Positions 17,761 through 27,676 of a stretch of 64,000 nucleotides of DNA are shown here, in pieces. The DNA is from Acidobacteriota bacterium (GTDB lineage: Bacteria > Acidobacteriota > UBA6911 > RPQK01): NCBI GenBank assembly GCA_041946865.1, contig JBHGBF010000001.1:51338-115337 (forward strand). Direction: 5' to 3'. The notes below the pieces were generated by a model that saw nothing but the letters and a program-made list of their open reading frames with translations, was not told where the DNA came from and searched no databases. The translations under genes were made by a program, and so were the position numbers. Position 1 is the stretch's first letter; the number at the start of each line of letters is the position of its first letter.

Positions 17761-19013
17761 ACAGCCTCTCTTCGAGCGGCCGGGCATCCGGCCAGTTCTG
17801 ACGCCATCCTTCCGTGCTCTGCCGCCTTGCGGCGCAGGCCAGGGAGCGCCGCGAGGATGCCGGCACGGATCGAGCCGCGATCCCCCCAGATCTCTTGGGC
17901 CCGGCGCTGCAAGAGCGGGAGGTCGAAATCCTCGAGTCTCATGAAGCGGTCTCCGATTGACAGCTCGTCCATGGCCGGTCTGATGTGCCACTCTCCGCCG
18001 GAGGCGAACGGCACCACTCCGTGAATCGCGGCAAAAATCAAGGAGTGCCGGCGGTTGGAGAAGTGCATGTCCAGCAGCGGGAACAACGACAGGATCTGGG
18101 GCAGAGTGTACTTCCCCTGAATCCGATGGGCCGCGCGCGCGTTTCGCATCGCGGCTACGATCTCGTCCGCCACCGGACGGTCGTCCTCATACCGATGGTC
18201 GATGTTGTAGGTGCAGTTGGGGATGAAAAGCAGCTCGGCCCCGAACTCCTCGACCATGTAATCGCACAGCCCGGCCAGCAGCCCTCGGTAGTGGTGCCAG
18301 GTCGCCTCGTCCCAGCTCCAGTAGTGATGGCGGAAATTGATCCCGACCCTGCGGCTGGACCGGAATTGAATTCCTTCGCGTTGCAGAATTGCCCATCCCG
18401 GCGCCGTGTCAAGGACCGGATCGAGTCCGAAGGCGGCGTCGGCAAGGACGGCCGTATTAGCCGTAGGAATCCCCATCTGGTCGAGCACGTCTCGCGAAAA
18501 ACCCTCGCGCAGGGTCACGAGGTCCGCGTTAGTGACGCAGAAGCGCGTCAGCTCCCGGCCCAGCGGCGTCTCGAGTCTGCGCCCCATGTGGATGCAGTAG
18601 AGCATGACCGGCTTCTGCAAAAACCTGGCCAGGGTGATGAGCAACGCGGCGTACGGGGCCAGTCCCCGGTTGAAAGCCAGCGAGATCTCCTGGAAAGGAT
18701 CACCCCCGATGATCAGAAGATCGCACTGCTCGATAGCCTTCCAGATCTTCCTCAGATGCTCGGTCGAGTCGTTCGGATTCAGCCCCCAGAACCAGCGGCC
18801 CAGGCTCTGCGCCTTGCTGTCATGCTCGAGGTTCTTGATCGACTCTACCCGGAAGAACTCGTCCAGCTTGGGACCAGGGTGGCGAGCGAGGAGCGTCAGG
18901 TGGACTTCCGGCATAGCCTCATGAAGCTCCCGGCAGAGCACACTGAGCAGCGCCTCGTCGCCTTGATTCTCAATTCCATACACGCTCGTACCGGCAATGA
19001 CCACTCTCTTCAT
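17757..19013 (-). CDS. Polysaccharide pyruvyl transferase-like protein (PS_pyruv_trans family), paralog 1
   Basis: 418 aa. MKRVVIAGTSVYGIENQGDEALL...CDLLIIGGDPF...RHSLIFAAIHGVVPF. ~45% identical by eye to the adjacent paralog. Family assignment from motif memory. Confidence 0.55.
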   Translation of the reverse strand: MKRVVIAGTSVYGIENQGDEALLSVLCRELHEAMPEVHLTLLARHPGPKLDEFFRVESIKNLEHDSKAQSLGRWFWGLNPNDSTEHLRKIWKAIEQCDLLIIGGDPFQEISLAFNRGLAPYAALLITLARFLQKPVMLYCIHMGRRLETPLGRELTRFCVTNADLVTLREGFSRDVLDQMGIPTANTAVLADAAFGLDPVLDTAPGWAILQREGIQFRSSRRVGINFRHHYWSWDEATWHHYRGLLAGLCDYMVEEFGAELLFIPNCTYNIDHRYEDDRPVADEIVAAMRNARAAHRIQGKYTLPQILSLFPLLDMHFSNRRHSLIFAAIHGVVPFASGGEWHIRPAMDELSIGDRFMRLEDFDLPLLQRRAQEIWGDRGSIRAGILAALPGLRRKAAEHGRMASELAGCPAARREAV

Positions 19014-19030
19014 TAGAAACCTCCGTTGAC

Positions 19031-20272
19031 TCAGGATTCCCTCGCTCGTTGAATAACAAGATCGGCCGCGCGGGCCGAGTGTTCGCGTGCTTTTTGCCGC
19101 AAAGCCGGCAGGACGGGGCGGAGCCGGTCCGACAGGGTGGCGCGCTTGACCCAGGCGTCCAGGCAGAGGGATTCCAGCTTTCCAGGGCCGAATTCGTCGT
19201 AAGGGATGAAGAACTCGCTCAATCCCAGTTCATCCATAAACGGGGTCATATGCCACGCCTCCCCGATTCCTACACCGGGAATTCCGTGGATGGCGCCGAA
19301 AATGACCGAGTGCCTGCGATTGGCGATAACCAACGAAAGAAGCGAGAACAGTGAAACCATTGCGTCTACACAATGGCGGCCCTTTATTTGAAAAGCCCGA
19401 TCCTGGCGCCGCATCTGCCGCACAATTTCTTCGGCCGCCGGGCGGTCGTCCTCGTACTTGTGATCCAGATCATAGGTGCAGTGAGGGATGAACAGGATGT
19501 CGGCGCCGGCCTTTTCAACCAGCGCGTCACAGACGGCTGCTATCGTCCGGGAGTGGAAATTCCAGTCGCCCTGGTTCCACTTCCAATACATATGCCGGAA
19601 AGTCACCCCGATCAGAGGCCTGGCAGGAACGGGGATGCTCTCCTTTTCCAAAACCAGAAGCGCTTGTTGCGGTGTTCCGGGCGCCAGACCGAAGGCCGGG
19701 TCCGCCAGGGCGACAATATTCTCGCCGGTCAGCCCCAGCGTCTCCAGCACGCGTTTGGAAAACTCCTCTCTGACCGTTACCAGACTGGCGTTCCCGGCGC
19801 AGAATCTGGCGATCTGTCTTCCGTACTCGGTCTGCAAAGGACGCCCGACATGGATGCCCAGAAACATCACGGGGATTCCCAGGAACTTCGCCAGCGTAAC
19901 GAGGAGCGCCGCATACGGCGCGGGGCCCCGGTATAGATCGAGGGTGACTTCCAAAAACGGGTCCGCCCCGATCACCAGCAGGTCTGAGGAACCGATGGTG
20001 TCGGCAATTCGGCGCAAGTGATCGGTCGAGTCTCCGGCGTTCAACCCTCGAAACCATCTCCCCAGGCTTGACTTCTTGTTGGCGTGATCAAGATTGGGGG
20101 TTGACTTCACTCCGAAGGCCTCATCAACCTCGGGCCCCGGGTGTCTGGCGAGCAGTACGAACTCTGCCTCCGGCACTGCCTCGCGAAGCCCCCGGGTGAA
20201 GACGGTGAGCATGGCATCGTCGCTCAAGTTGTTGAGGCCATACACGCTAGGCCCCGCTATCGTTATTCTCAT
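19031..20272 (-). CDS. Polysaccharide pyruvyl transferase-like protein, paralog 2
   Basis: 413 aa. MRITIAGPSVYGLNNLSDDAMLTVF...SDLLVIGADPF...RHSVIFGAIHGIPGVGI. Tandem duplicate of 17757..19013. Confidence 0.55.
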   Translation of the reverse strand: MRITIAGPSVYGLNNLSDDAMLTVFTRGLREAVPEAEFVLLARHPGPEVDEAFGVKSTPNLDHANKKSSLGRWFRGLNAGDSTDHLRRIADTIGSSDLLVIGADPFLEVTLDLYRGPAPYAALLVTLAKFLGIPVMFLGIHVGRPLQTEYGRQIARFCAGNASLVTVREEFSKRVLETLGLTGENIVALADPAFGLAPGTPQQALLVLEKESIPVPARPLIGVTFRHMYWKWNQGDWNFHSRTIAAVCDALVEKAGADILFIPHCTYDLDHKYEDDRPAAEEIVRQMRRQDRAFQIKGRHCVDAMVSLFSLLSLVIANRRHSVIFGAIHGIPGVGIGEAWHMTPFMDELGLSEFFIPYDEFGPGKLESLCLDAWVKRATLSDRLRPVLPALRQKAREHSARAADLVIQRARES

Positions 20273-21446
20273 GTCGTCTCCGGTTCCCTCTCGCTTGCTT
20301 TTCCCCTTGGCCCCTTTGCTCCTTGACCCCTTTTGTCCCTCGAAAGCAACTTGCAGCTATATCTGCACGGTTGATACCGTACGCGCGCGGCGTGCCCCCG
20401 TGAGAGACCTGATTCCGCACGGCCAGTCGTGACTCTATGCTGCGACGGATCCTTTCCGCCCCTCGTCCGTCAATCAGCCTGCTCGCGCGCGCAGACATGT
20501 CGCGCCGCCTTTTGGAATGGCTGCAGAGCTCGCTGACAAGCCCGACCAGCTTCCCTTCCTCCAGCTCGGAGTACAGTCCTGCCCCCACGGTCGCTCCTGC
20601 CTCCACCATGAACTGCCCCGATATCTGGTGGTCCAGCGACCAGTAAATGTGGATTGCGGGAACTCCGAACGAGGCCAGTTCCAGGGCTGTGACACCGTAT
20701 GAAGCCACCGCCAGGTCGGCGCCCTCCATCAGCTCTGCCGGTTCTTCCGGGGACTCGATGATCCGAGCTGGAAGCGGACAATCCCCTATTGCCCTTCGAA
20801 GCTTTGCATGGTCTCGGAAGCCTGGCCCGATCATCACATCCAAGGCGGCAGAAACCGACAGGCGCGACAGCAAGGCGACGGTGCGGGCGCTCATGCCATA
20901 AGGGTCACTGCCACCCATCGTGATCAGGATCCTGCTCACACGGGTGAAATCCGCTTGCGGTGTGCGAGCCCGGGGGACCAACCCCAACAGCGCGTACTCG
21001 GGGCCTGCGAACAGTTCGCCCCGGTATCCTCCCCACTCGAGGGCGTCAGCCCCGTGATGGGAAGCGTAGAAAGCCAGATCACAATTCAGCCGCCTTGGTG
21101 AAGGGTCATCAATCGTGACCACGAGGATGCCGCGCTCACTGGCCCAGGAAATGATCGAGGCGGGCAAATCGTCGCGAACATCGAGGACCAGGACCCCCGG
21201 TTGGCCTTCGGCCAAGACTCCTTGAAACCAGCCGGAGTACGCGTCGGGGGGTGCCGGGACGACGGGGAGCCCCTTTCTTTGCAGCCACTCCAAGCCCTCG
21301 GCGCTGTCCCGCACGACAAAGGAAATCTCGACTCCAGGCCAGTGTTGCTGCATCTCGCGAGCAAGGGAGGAGCACCGGGTCAGATGCCCCATCCCCAATC
21401 GGAAAGAACCGTCACATCTGAATAGGACCTTCGCCCGAGTGTTCAT
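20247..21446 (-). CDS. pseG: PseG-like UDP-sugar hydrolase (pseudaminic acid pathway, MurG-like fold)
   Basis: N-terminal FRCDGSFRLGMGHLTRCSSLA matches the PseG signature (RADASxxIGxGHxMRCLxLA). C-terminal glycosyltransferase-28 domain. Confidence 0.6.
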   Translation of the reverse strand: MNTRAKVLFRCDGSFRLGMGHLTRCSSLAREMQQHWPGVEISFVVRDSAEGLEWLQRKGLPVVPAPPDAYSGWFQGVLAEGQPGVLVLDVRDDLPASIISWASERGILVVTIDDPSPRRLNCDLAFYASHHGADALEWGGYRGELFAGPEYALLGLVPRARTPQADFTRVSRILITMGGSDPYGMSARTVALLSRLSVSAALDVMIGPGFRDHAKLRRAIGDCPLPARIIESPEEPAELMEGADLAVASYGVTALELASFGVPAIHIYWSLDHQISGQFMVEAGATVGAGLYSELEEGKLVGLVSELCSHSKRRRDMSARASRLIDGRGAERIRRSIESRLAVRNQVSHGGTPRAYGINRADIAASCFRGTKGVKEQRGQGEKQARGNRRRHENNDSGA

Positions 21447-22417
21447 AGCGCCTGCCAGGTTGAGGGATTGACCAGATCCGGGTCATCGACACGAAGAACT
21501 TGTGAGATCTGGGTCGAGAGTGTAAGCGGCCCCTTTCGCAGGGCCGCCAGCGCAGCTCGGAGCTCGCAAACTGTTCTCGGGCCTGCCAGAACGGTGGAAA
21601 TCGACGAGACACCGAGGCAATAGCGGACGGCCACCTCCGGTAGGTCCTTCCATCCGGTCTCCAGCAGCTTCAGAACGCGTTCGACCGCCAGCTGCAGAGG
21701 CCGCAGCTGCGGCCCCAGCCACCGGCCCTTTGGAGAAAGAACCCCCTTGAGAAGCGCCGAGCGGGCCATAATCCCTACGCCGGATTGAAAGGCCCTGGGC
21801 AAGACTCGCTCAGCCATCTGCTGGTCCAACAGATTGAACGCAACCTGCAGGACTCGAATCCGGGGATCGCAGAGAGCGGCGAGCGCGTTGTGCTCGCCGT
21901 AGACTGAGGCCCCGATAAGCCCGATTTTTCCCTGCTCGCTAAGCCGGGAAAGGGTCTCGAGCATGTCCCCGCGCTGAATCACCTCCCCGGTTGCGTTGTG
22001 GATTTGAACGATGTCGAGGAAATCGCGCCGCAGCTTCCTGAGGCTGGATTCTACCGAGCTCTCGAGCGATTTGCGGAGGTCCCGCGGATCGATCCGGCAA
22101 CCGGCCGGGTTCGGGCCAGCGGGTACTGCCACCTTGGTGGCGAAGTGACAGCCCCGGTTGTCCCCCAGGGCTTCACCCAGCAGTTCCTCGCTCATCCCGT
22201 AGGCAGGGGCGGTGTCGAACAGAGTGATCCCCGCGTCAGCGGCGATCTTCAGCAACCGGATCGCCTGTTGGCGCGAGGGTCGCCTCCAGCCGCCCGGCTG
22301 GCGGATTCCATAGTCTAGCCCGAGGGAGACGGTTCCCATCGAAAGGGCGGAAACCATGAGCCCTGTCTCTCCCAGGGGTCGGTACTGTATTGTCGGACCA
22401 GGCGCCGGTGTGTTCAT
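21443..22417 (-). CDS. Aldo/keto reductase family oxidoreductase
   Basis: Start MNTPAPGPTIQYRPLGETGLMVSALSMGT. AKR motifs (GITLFDTAPAYG, IGASVYGE). ATGA-type coupling on both sides. Confidence 0.7.
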   Translation of the reverse strand: MNTPAPGPTIQYRPLGETGLMVSALSMGTVSLGLDYGIRQPGGWRRPSRQQAIRLLKIAADAGITLFDTAPAYGMSEELLGEALGDNRGCHFATKVAVPAGPNPAGCRIDPRDLRKSLESSVESSLRKLRRDFLDIVQIHNATGEVIQRGDMLETLSRLSEQGKIGLIGASVYGEHNALAALCDPRIRVLQVAFNLLDQQMAERVLPRAFQSGVGIMARSALLKGVLSPKGRWLGPQLRPLQLAVERVLKLLETGWKDLPEVAVRYCLGVSSISTVLAGPRTVCELRAALAALRKGPLTLSTQISQVLRVDDPDLVNPSTWQAL

Positions 22418-23736
22418 GTCAGGCGATAGAAACCTCTTTCCGCGGCGGTCTCCGCTGGTTGGAGCTCCCCGGAGGCGAGCAGCAACAAGGCCTCGGCTAC
22501 TGCCTCCACGTATCGGTCCACATCGGCGTCGGTATGGGCGAAACAAGGCTTGAACTGCGAGTACGCCAGGAATCCCCGGTCGAGCATCAGTCTGGTGAAA
22601 AGCGTGCGAAGCACGTGGCTGTTCGGATGACGGAAGCTGAAGTGACTCAGGCTGGGCAGTCCGCCGACCTCGATCTCCAGGCCGGCGGCGGCTGCCGCCC
22701 GTCCCCAGCCCTGCTGGACCCGACGCCCAATCCTCTTCAGGTGCTCCGCGACCTTCTCCCGGCGGTGTTTTCTGATTGTGGCCAGGGCGGCTGCAGGACC
22801 GATCCGTTCCGTCCAGTTGGTACTGCTGATGAAGGTAGTCTTGGCCGCCTCCATGACGTCGGTCCTGCCGATGACTGCGGCCATGGCGTATCCGTTCGCC
22901 ATGGCCTTGGCAAAGACAGCGACGTCGGGCTCGATCCCCAGCAGGAGGTGAATTCCACCCGAGGTCATCCGAAAGCCGGTCGTGATCTCATCGAAGACGA
23001 GCACGGCCCCCACCCTCTGGGCAATCTGGCGGACGCGCTGGATGAAACCATTTTCAGGGGGGTGTTCACGCTGCGGTTCCATGACGATAGCGGCCAGCTC
23101 GGATCCGTGGGCAGCGACGATTTCCTCCAACTCTTCGATCCGGTTGTAGTGGAACGGAAAGGCCGTTCCTTTCAGCGAGCGGGGCACTCCGCGAGGGTCG
23201 AGTCCCGGCAGGAGATGCCCGTCCAGGGCGTCGTGGTCGCCCAGGTTGGCGGCGAGGTACCAGTCGGTCCAGCCGTGGTACCCGCAAAAGGCCACCTTGT
23301 CCCGGCCAGTGGACGCGCGGGCGAGGCGCACGGCGATGGACATCGCCTCCCCGCCGGAGCGGGCAAAACGAACCATTCCGGCCCAGGGGTGGATCTCGCA
23401 CAGCAGCTCCGCCAGCTCCACTTCTTCGGGGGCATTGAGAGTGCAGAGGACGCCGCGGCGAAGGGCAGAGATGGCCGCCTCGTCCACCTCCGGATCGGCG
23501 TAGCCGAGAACGCAAGCCCCGATGCCCATCATGCTCATGTCGGTAAAGACTCGTCCGTCCAGATCGGTGACCCGCACCCCCTGGGCGGACTGATAGTAAG
23601 CCGGCCATCCCTCGGGGAGGTACAGCTCGGGACGCTTGGACAGAAGCTGCGTTCCGCCCGGGATCAACTGCCTGGCGCGCTGGTAGAGTCTTTCTCCCGC
23701 CGTTCCTTTCTGCCGGCCCTCGTTCGTTGACCTCAT
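22414..23736 (-). CDS. Class-III (glutamate-1-semialdehyde aminomutase-like) PLP aminotransferase
   Basis: Start MRSTNEGRQ at 23736. Class-III aminotransferase features (GYHGWTDWY, VFDEITTGFR, VAVFAKAMANGYAMAAVIG). Such GSA-AT homologs are common in flagellin-glycosylation islands. Confidence 0.7.
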   Translation of the reverse strand: MRSTNEGRQKGTAGERLYQRARQLIPGGTQLLSKRPELYLPEGWPAYYQSAQGVRVTDLDGRVFTDMSMMGIGACVLGYADPEVDEAAISALRRGVLCTLNAPEEVELAELLCEIHPWAGMVRFARSGGEAMSIAVRLARASTGRDKVAFCGYHGWTDWYLAANLGDHDALDGHLLPGLDPRGVPRSLKGTAFPFHYNRIEELEEIVAAHGSELAAIVMEPQREHPPENGFIQRVRQIAQRVGAVLVFDEITTGFRMTSGGIHLLLGIEPDVAVFAKAMANGYAMAAVIGRTDVMEAAKTTFISSTNWTERIGPAAALATIRKHRREKVAEHLKRIGRRVQQGWGRAAAAAGLEIEVGGLPSLSHFSFRHPNSHVLRTLFTRLMLDRGFLAYSQFKPCFAHTDADVDRYVEAVAEALLLLASGELQPAETAAERGFYRLT

Positions 23737-23752
23737 CAGTTCCCTCTTCCTG

Positions 23753-24574
23753 TCACCGTGTCGCACCGCCTTCCCACACGCGGTCATAGCCTTCGCGTCC
23801 GATGAACTGAGCGTTTAATGCCGCCAACTCAGGCCGTCGCTCGATCAATTTCAGGATGTCGTGCATGGAAAAGGCTGGGTTCTTGGCGTAAAGCTCGCGA
23901 TAGATCTCCCTCGCCAGGTCCAGATCGGCTCCATTGTCCACCGTCCACCGGTATCGGGAGTAGTCGGCAGGAGCAGTCAAGGCGGCGGTACGAAAGCGTC
24001 CAGGGACGCGCCAGATGTAAGGCGTCACGTGCTCCCGGTCCGAAGGCTCAATAGCCTCTTCCCAGGCGCGACGAAGCGCGTTGAAACTGAAGCATTCGGC
24101 GTCCAATCCGTCCGGATAGCGGCCTGAGTCGAGGAAGACGGCGCCGGCGCCGGTCGCCACTCCCAGGTGTTCCCAATTCCCTTCGCCGTAGAACCGGATC
24201 AACTCAGAAATCAGTGGCCCGTCAACGAAGGGGCAATCCCCCGTGACGCGGATGATCGGGTCTGCGTCGAATATTCGGGCTGCCTGGTAAAAACGATCCA
24301 GGACATCGTCCTCGGACCCCCTGAAAACAGGTATGGTTTCGCGCCGGCAGTAGTCCGCAAGCGGTTGGTTGGCGACATGGGTGGACGTGGCCACGACGAC
24401 CAGTCCCACCTCCGGTACCTGGCGAAGACGCGTTACGATGTGCCAGATCATGGGTTTTCCGAGGATCTCCGCCATGACCTTGCCTTTGAGGCGGGTCGAC
24501 CCCATGCGCGCTTGAACCATGGCTACTGACGGCATCGGGCCTCCCTTTCCCACTGTTGTCGCACTTGACGACAA
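23753..24574 (-). CDS. pseF: Acylneuraminate cytidylyltransferase-family protein (PseF/SpsF-like CMP-sugar synthetase)
   Basis: VAMVQARMGSTRLKGKVMAEILGKPMIWH is the SpsF/NeuA-type nucleotidyltransferase N-terminus. 273 aa. Confidence 0.65.
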   Translation of the reverse strand: MSSSATTVGKGGPMPSVAMVQARMGSTRLKGKVMAEILGKPMIWHIVTRLRQVPEVGLVVVATSTHVANQPLADYCRRETIPVFRGSEDDVLDRFYQAARIFDADPIIRVTGDCPFVDGPLISELIRFYGEGNWEHLGVATGAGAVFLDSGRYPDGLDAECFSFNALRRAWEEAIEPSDREHVTPYIWRVPGRFRTAALTAPADYSRYRWTVDNGADLDLAREIYRELYAKNPAFSMHDILKLIERRPELAALNAQFIGREGYDRVWEGGATR

Positions 24575-25455
24575 GGACGAAGTCCATCGGCTGGATCAGC
24601 ACGCCACTGCCGGTCGGCCAGCTCCGCCCCGGCGGGAGTCTTGGCGCCGCTGCCATCAGCGGCCAGGCCGTCGCGGACCAGTCGAATGGCCTTTTCAGCG
24701 TCCCGGGGCAGCCAGCAGTGACCGTGCGCGTACTCGGGGCCCCTTCCATCCAGATCCAGGTGGAATTCGAGCAGGCTGACCTGCCACCGGTGGACAGCCC
24801 TGAGCCAGACAGCGGTCTGTGCCGTGTGATCCGACCAGCCAACCGGACAACGGTAGCGTTTCCGGAGGGTTTCGATAGCCGAAAGATTCGCTTCCTGGAT
24901 GGGGGTCGGATATCCGGAAACGCAGTGCAGCAGGAGCAGGTCCGAGCAGCCCGCGCAGCGGAGCGCCTGCACCGCGTGGTCGATCTCACCGCAATCCGCC
25001 ATGCCGGTAGAGAGGACCACTGGCTTGCCAGTCCTTGCGCACGTCTCGAGCAGCTCATCCCAGAGGAGTTCGTAGGATGCGATTTTCAGAAAATCGACCC
25101 AGGGGACAAGCTCGGCCACGCCTTCCAGATCGAAGGCCGTGCAGGAGAACAGGAGCCCTCTGCGGCGAGCCAGCTCCGCCAGTTCAGGGATAAACGACAC
25201 CGGGAGCTCCCACTCCCGGCGCTGCCGATGGTCCTTACTCGCTGCGAGGATTTCCGGTGCGAACAGGCGATCCAAGCGGAAGAGCTGGAATTTGACCGCA
25301 TCACAGCCGATCCGCGCGGCCGTCTCGACGAACTCGAGGCAGCGCCCAAGGTCCTGGCGGTGATTGCTGGACACTTCTGCAACGAGCATCGGACCTTTGA
25401 CTGCGTCTATCCAGGATTGGCTGCTATCGAGCACTTCAGTGTGATCGGTAGGCAT
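24523..25455 (-). CDS. pseI: NeuB-family nonulosonate synthase (PseI-like), apparently lacking the C-terminal SAF domain
   Basis: LVAEVSSNHRQDLGRCLEFVETAARIGCDAVKFQLF...KIASYEL...VGWSDHT is the NeuB TIM-barrel domain. 310 aa. No SAF/antifreeze-like tail recognised. Confidence 0.7.
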   Translation of the reverse strand: MPTDHTEVLDSSQSWIDAVKGPMLVAEVSSNHRQDLGRCLEFVETAARIGCDAVKFQLFRLDRLFAPEILAASKDHRQRREWELPVSFIPELAELARRRGLLFSCTAFDLEGVAELVPWVDFLKIASYELLWDELLETCARTGKPVVLSTGMADCGEIDHAVQALRCAGCSDLLLLHCVSGYPTPIQEANLSAIETLRKRYRCPVGWSDHTAQTAVWLRAVHRWQVSLLEFHLDLDGRGPEYAHGHCWLPRDAEKAIRLVRDGLAADGSGAKTPAGAELADRQWRADPADGLRPCRQVRQQWEREARCRQ

Positions 25456-26632
25456 GGGTCACCTTTCGAACGGCTTCGATGACATCGCAGACGTCGCGCT
25501 CGGTCATGGCCGGAAAAATCGGCAGGGAAATGATTTCCGAATACGCTTTTTCGGCTACCGGGCAGTCACCCGGACGCGTGCCAAACCGTTTCTGGTAGTA
25601 GGGATGGAGGTGCACCGGGATATAGTGGACATTCACCCCGATTCCTTCTGCCCTCAGGGCTTTGAAGATCTGGTCCCGGCTCGCTCGGAAGAAATTCGGA
25701 TCCAGGCGGATCACATACAGGTGATGAGCATGATTCGCCCAGGGCGCCCGGCCGGGCAAACGGACCCCCGCAATTTCACGAAAGGCCTCGTCATAGCGGC
25801 CGGCAATCTCGCGTCTTCTCGAAATGTAGGCCGCCGCCCGCTCGAGCTGTACCCGTGCCAAGGCGCACTGAAAGTCGGTAAGCCGGTAGTTGAAACCCAG
25901 ATCCACCATTTCGTAAAACCAGGTGCCGTTCTCCATCCGCTGCCGGTGATCCTGATCGATTCCGTGGTTGCGAAACCGGCGAATCGTTCGGGCCAGATCC
26001 GGTTCATCCGTGGTGACCACTCCGCCCTCGCCCGAAGTGATCAGCTTCACGGGATGCATGCTGAATGCCGTGGCCCGCGCCAGTGTCCCTACGGGGACAT
26101 CGCGATAGCCGGCGCCGAGCGAGTGACAAGCGTCGGCGATGAGAAACAGGGAATGGGACCGGGCCAGGTCGTGTAACACGCCGTAGTCGCAGGGCTGGCC
26201 GGCGTAGTCCACCGGAATCACGGCTTTGGTACGCTGCGTGATGCGCCTCTCGACGTCGCGCGGGTCGATCAGCAAGGTGTCGTCCAACACGTCGGCAAAC
26301 ACCGGTCTTCCTCCTTGGAAGACTACTGCGTTGGCCGTCGCCGCAAACGTCATCGAAGGGACGATCACTTCATCTCCTTCGCCGATTCCAGTTGCCTTGA
26401 CACAGGCGTGAAGCGCCGCCGTTCCGCTGCTGACAGCAACCGCATGCAGGGCCCCCGTCAGCCGCGAAAATTGGGTTTCGAAGGCGTCCACGTCGGGCCC
26501 GGTAGTCAACCATTCCGAGCGCAGCACGCGAGAAACCTGGTCAATCTCACCGTCTCCCAGCCAGGGTCTCCCGTAGGGGAGAAACGCCTCCCGGACCGGT
26601 TTACCTCCCTGCAGAGCTAATCGGGATGACAT
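25436..26632 (-). CDS. pseC: DegT/DnrJ/EryC1-family aminotransferase, PseC-like (UDP-4-keto-6-deoxy-sugar transaminase)
   Basis: Start MSSRLALQGGKPVREAFLPYGRPWLGDGEI at 26632. PLP-lysine region AFSMHPVKLITSGEGG. 398 aa. Immediately downstream of pseB. Confidence 0.8.
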   Translation of the reverse strand: MSSRLALQGGKPVREAFLPYGRPWLGDGEIDQVSRVLRSEWLTTGPDVDAFETQFSRLTGALHAVAVSSGTAALHACVKATGIGEGDEVIVPSMTFAATANAVVFQGGRPVFADVLDDTLLIDPRDVERRITQRTKAVIPVDYAGQPCDYGVLHDLARSHSLFLIADACHSLGAGYRDVPVGTLARATAFSMHPVKLITSGEGGVVTTDEPDLARTIRRFRNHGIDQDHRQRMENGTWFYEMVDLGFNYRLTDFQCALARVQLERAAAYISRRREIAGRYDEAFREIAGVRLPGRAPWANHAHHLYVIRLDPNFFRASRDQIFKALRAEGIGVNVHYIPVHLHPYYQKRFGTRPGDCPVAEKAYSEIISLPIFPAMTERDVCDVIEAVRKVTHAYRSH

Positions 26633-27653
26633 TGGTCTTCTCTCCCACCAGCCGTAACAGTTCGTCTTCCGACAACCACCGCTCGTTGGTGTCACTGGTG
26701 AAGGTGAAACCGGCTGGTGTGGGCTGACCGTGGACTCTCTCGGTCCTTCCCCAGCCGGAATACTGCGGCTCGATCACGAACAGATCGTCGGTGGCGACCG
26801 TGTGCCGAGCCTCGTCGAAAGAAATGAGGACTTCGTGCAGTTTTTCGCCCGGCCGGATGCCCGTGTACTCGATCCGACAGTCAGGTGCGATTGCCCGCAC
26901 GATGTCAATCACGCGCATGCTTGGAATGCGGGGAACAAACACTTCGCCGCCTTTCATCAGCCCCAGGGAGCGCACCACCACGTCCACCGCCTGCTCCAGC
27001 GTCATCCAAAAACGGGTCATCCGGGGATCGGTGACGGTGATCCTGCCGGTCGCCCGTTGCGCCGTGAGCAGGGGAATGAAACTCCCGCGACTCCCGATCA
27101 CGTTTCCGTACCTCACGCAGCTGAACCTGGTAATCTTCCCCCCGGCATAGGCATTCCCCTGGACAAAGAGCTTTTCCGCGCACAGCTTGGTGGCCCCGTA
27201 CAGGTTGACGGGGTTTACCGCCTTGTCGGTACTGAGGGCGATGACCTTGGGAATCCGGCAGTCGATGGCAGCATCGATGATGTTCTGGGCGCCGATGACA
27301 TTCGTCTTCACCGCCTCAAACGGGTTGTACTCGCAGGCGGGCACCTGTTTGAGAGCGGCGGCATGGACGATAACGTCGATTTCTGCCTGAAAGGCACGAT
27401 ACAGGCGGTCCTTGTCCCGGACATCGCCCAGAAAGAAGCTCACCCGGGGGTCCTGCAGCTGCAATGCCAGCTCGTGTTGTTTCAACTCGTCCCGGCTGAA
27501 AACGATGATTCTCTTGGCGCGATGCCTCTCCAAGGCAAGCCGAATGAATTCGCGTCCGAACGATCCGGTCCCCCCCGTCAAGAGCACGGTCTTCCCCCAA
27601 AGGGGCTTTTCTGAAGGGCCATGGACTTTGGTGGTAGTCGTTGCCTTTTTCAT
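26601..27653 (-). CDS. pseB: UDP-GlcNAc 4,6-dehydratase (inverting), PseB-like
   Basis: KTVLLTGGTGSFGREFIRLAL...STDKAVNPVNLYGATKLCAEK is the PseB/FlaA1 SDR signature. 350 aa. Confidence 0.85.
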   Translation of the reverse strand: MKKATTTTKVHGPSEKPLWGKTVLLTGGTGSFGREFIRLALERHRAKRIIVFSRDELKQHELALQLQDPRVSFFLGDVRDKDRLYRAFQAEIDVIVHAAALKQVPACEYNPFEAVKTNVIGAQNIIDAAIDCRIPKVIALSTDKAVNPVNLYGATKLCAEKLFVQGNAYAGGKITRFSCVRYGNVIGSRGSFIPLLTAQRATGRITVTDPRMTRFWMTLEQAVDVVVRSLGLMKGGEVFVPRIPSMRVIDIVRAIAPDCRIEYTGIRPGEKLHEVLISFDEARHTVATDDLFVIEPQYSGWGRTERVHGQPTPAGFTFTSDTNERWLSEDELLRLVGEKTNVIPISSAGR

Positions 27654-27676
27654 CCTGTTCGCTTGGAAACCTCCGG

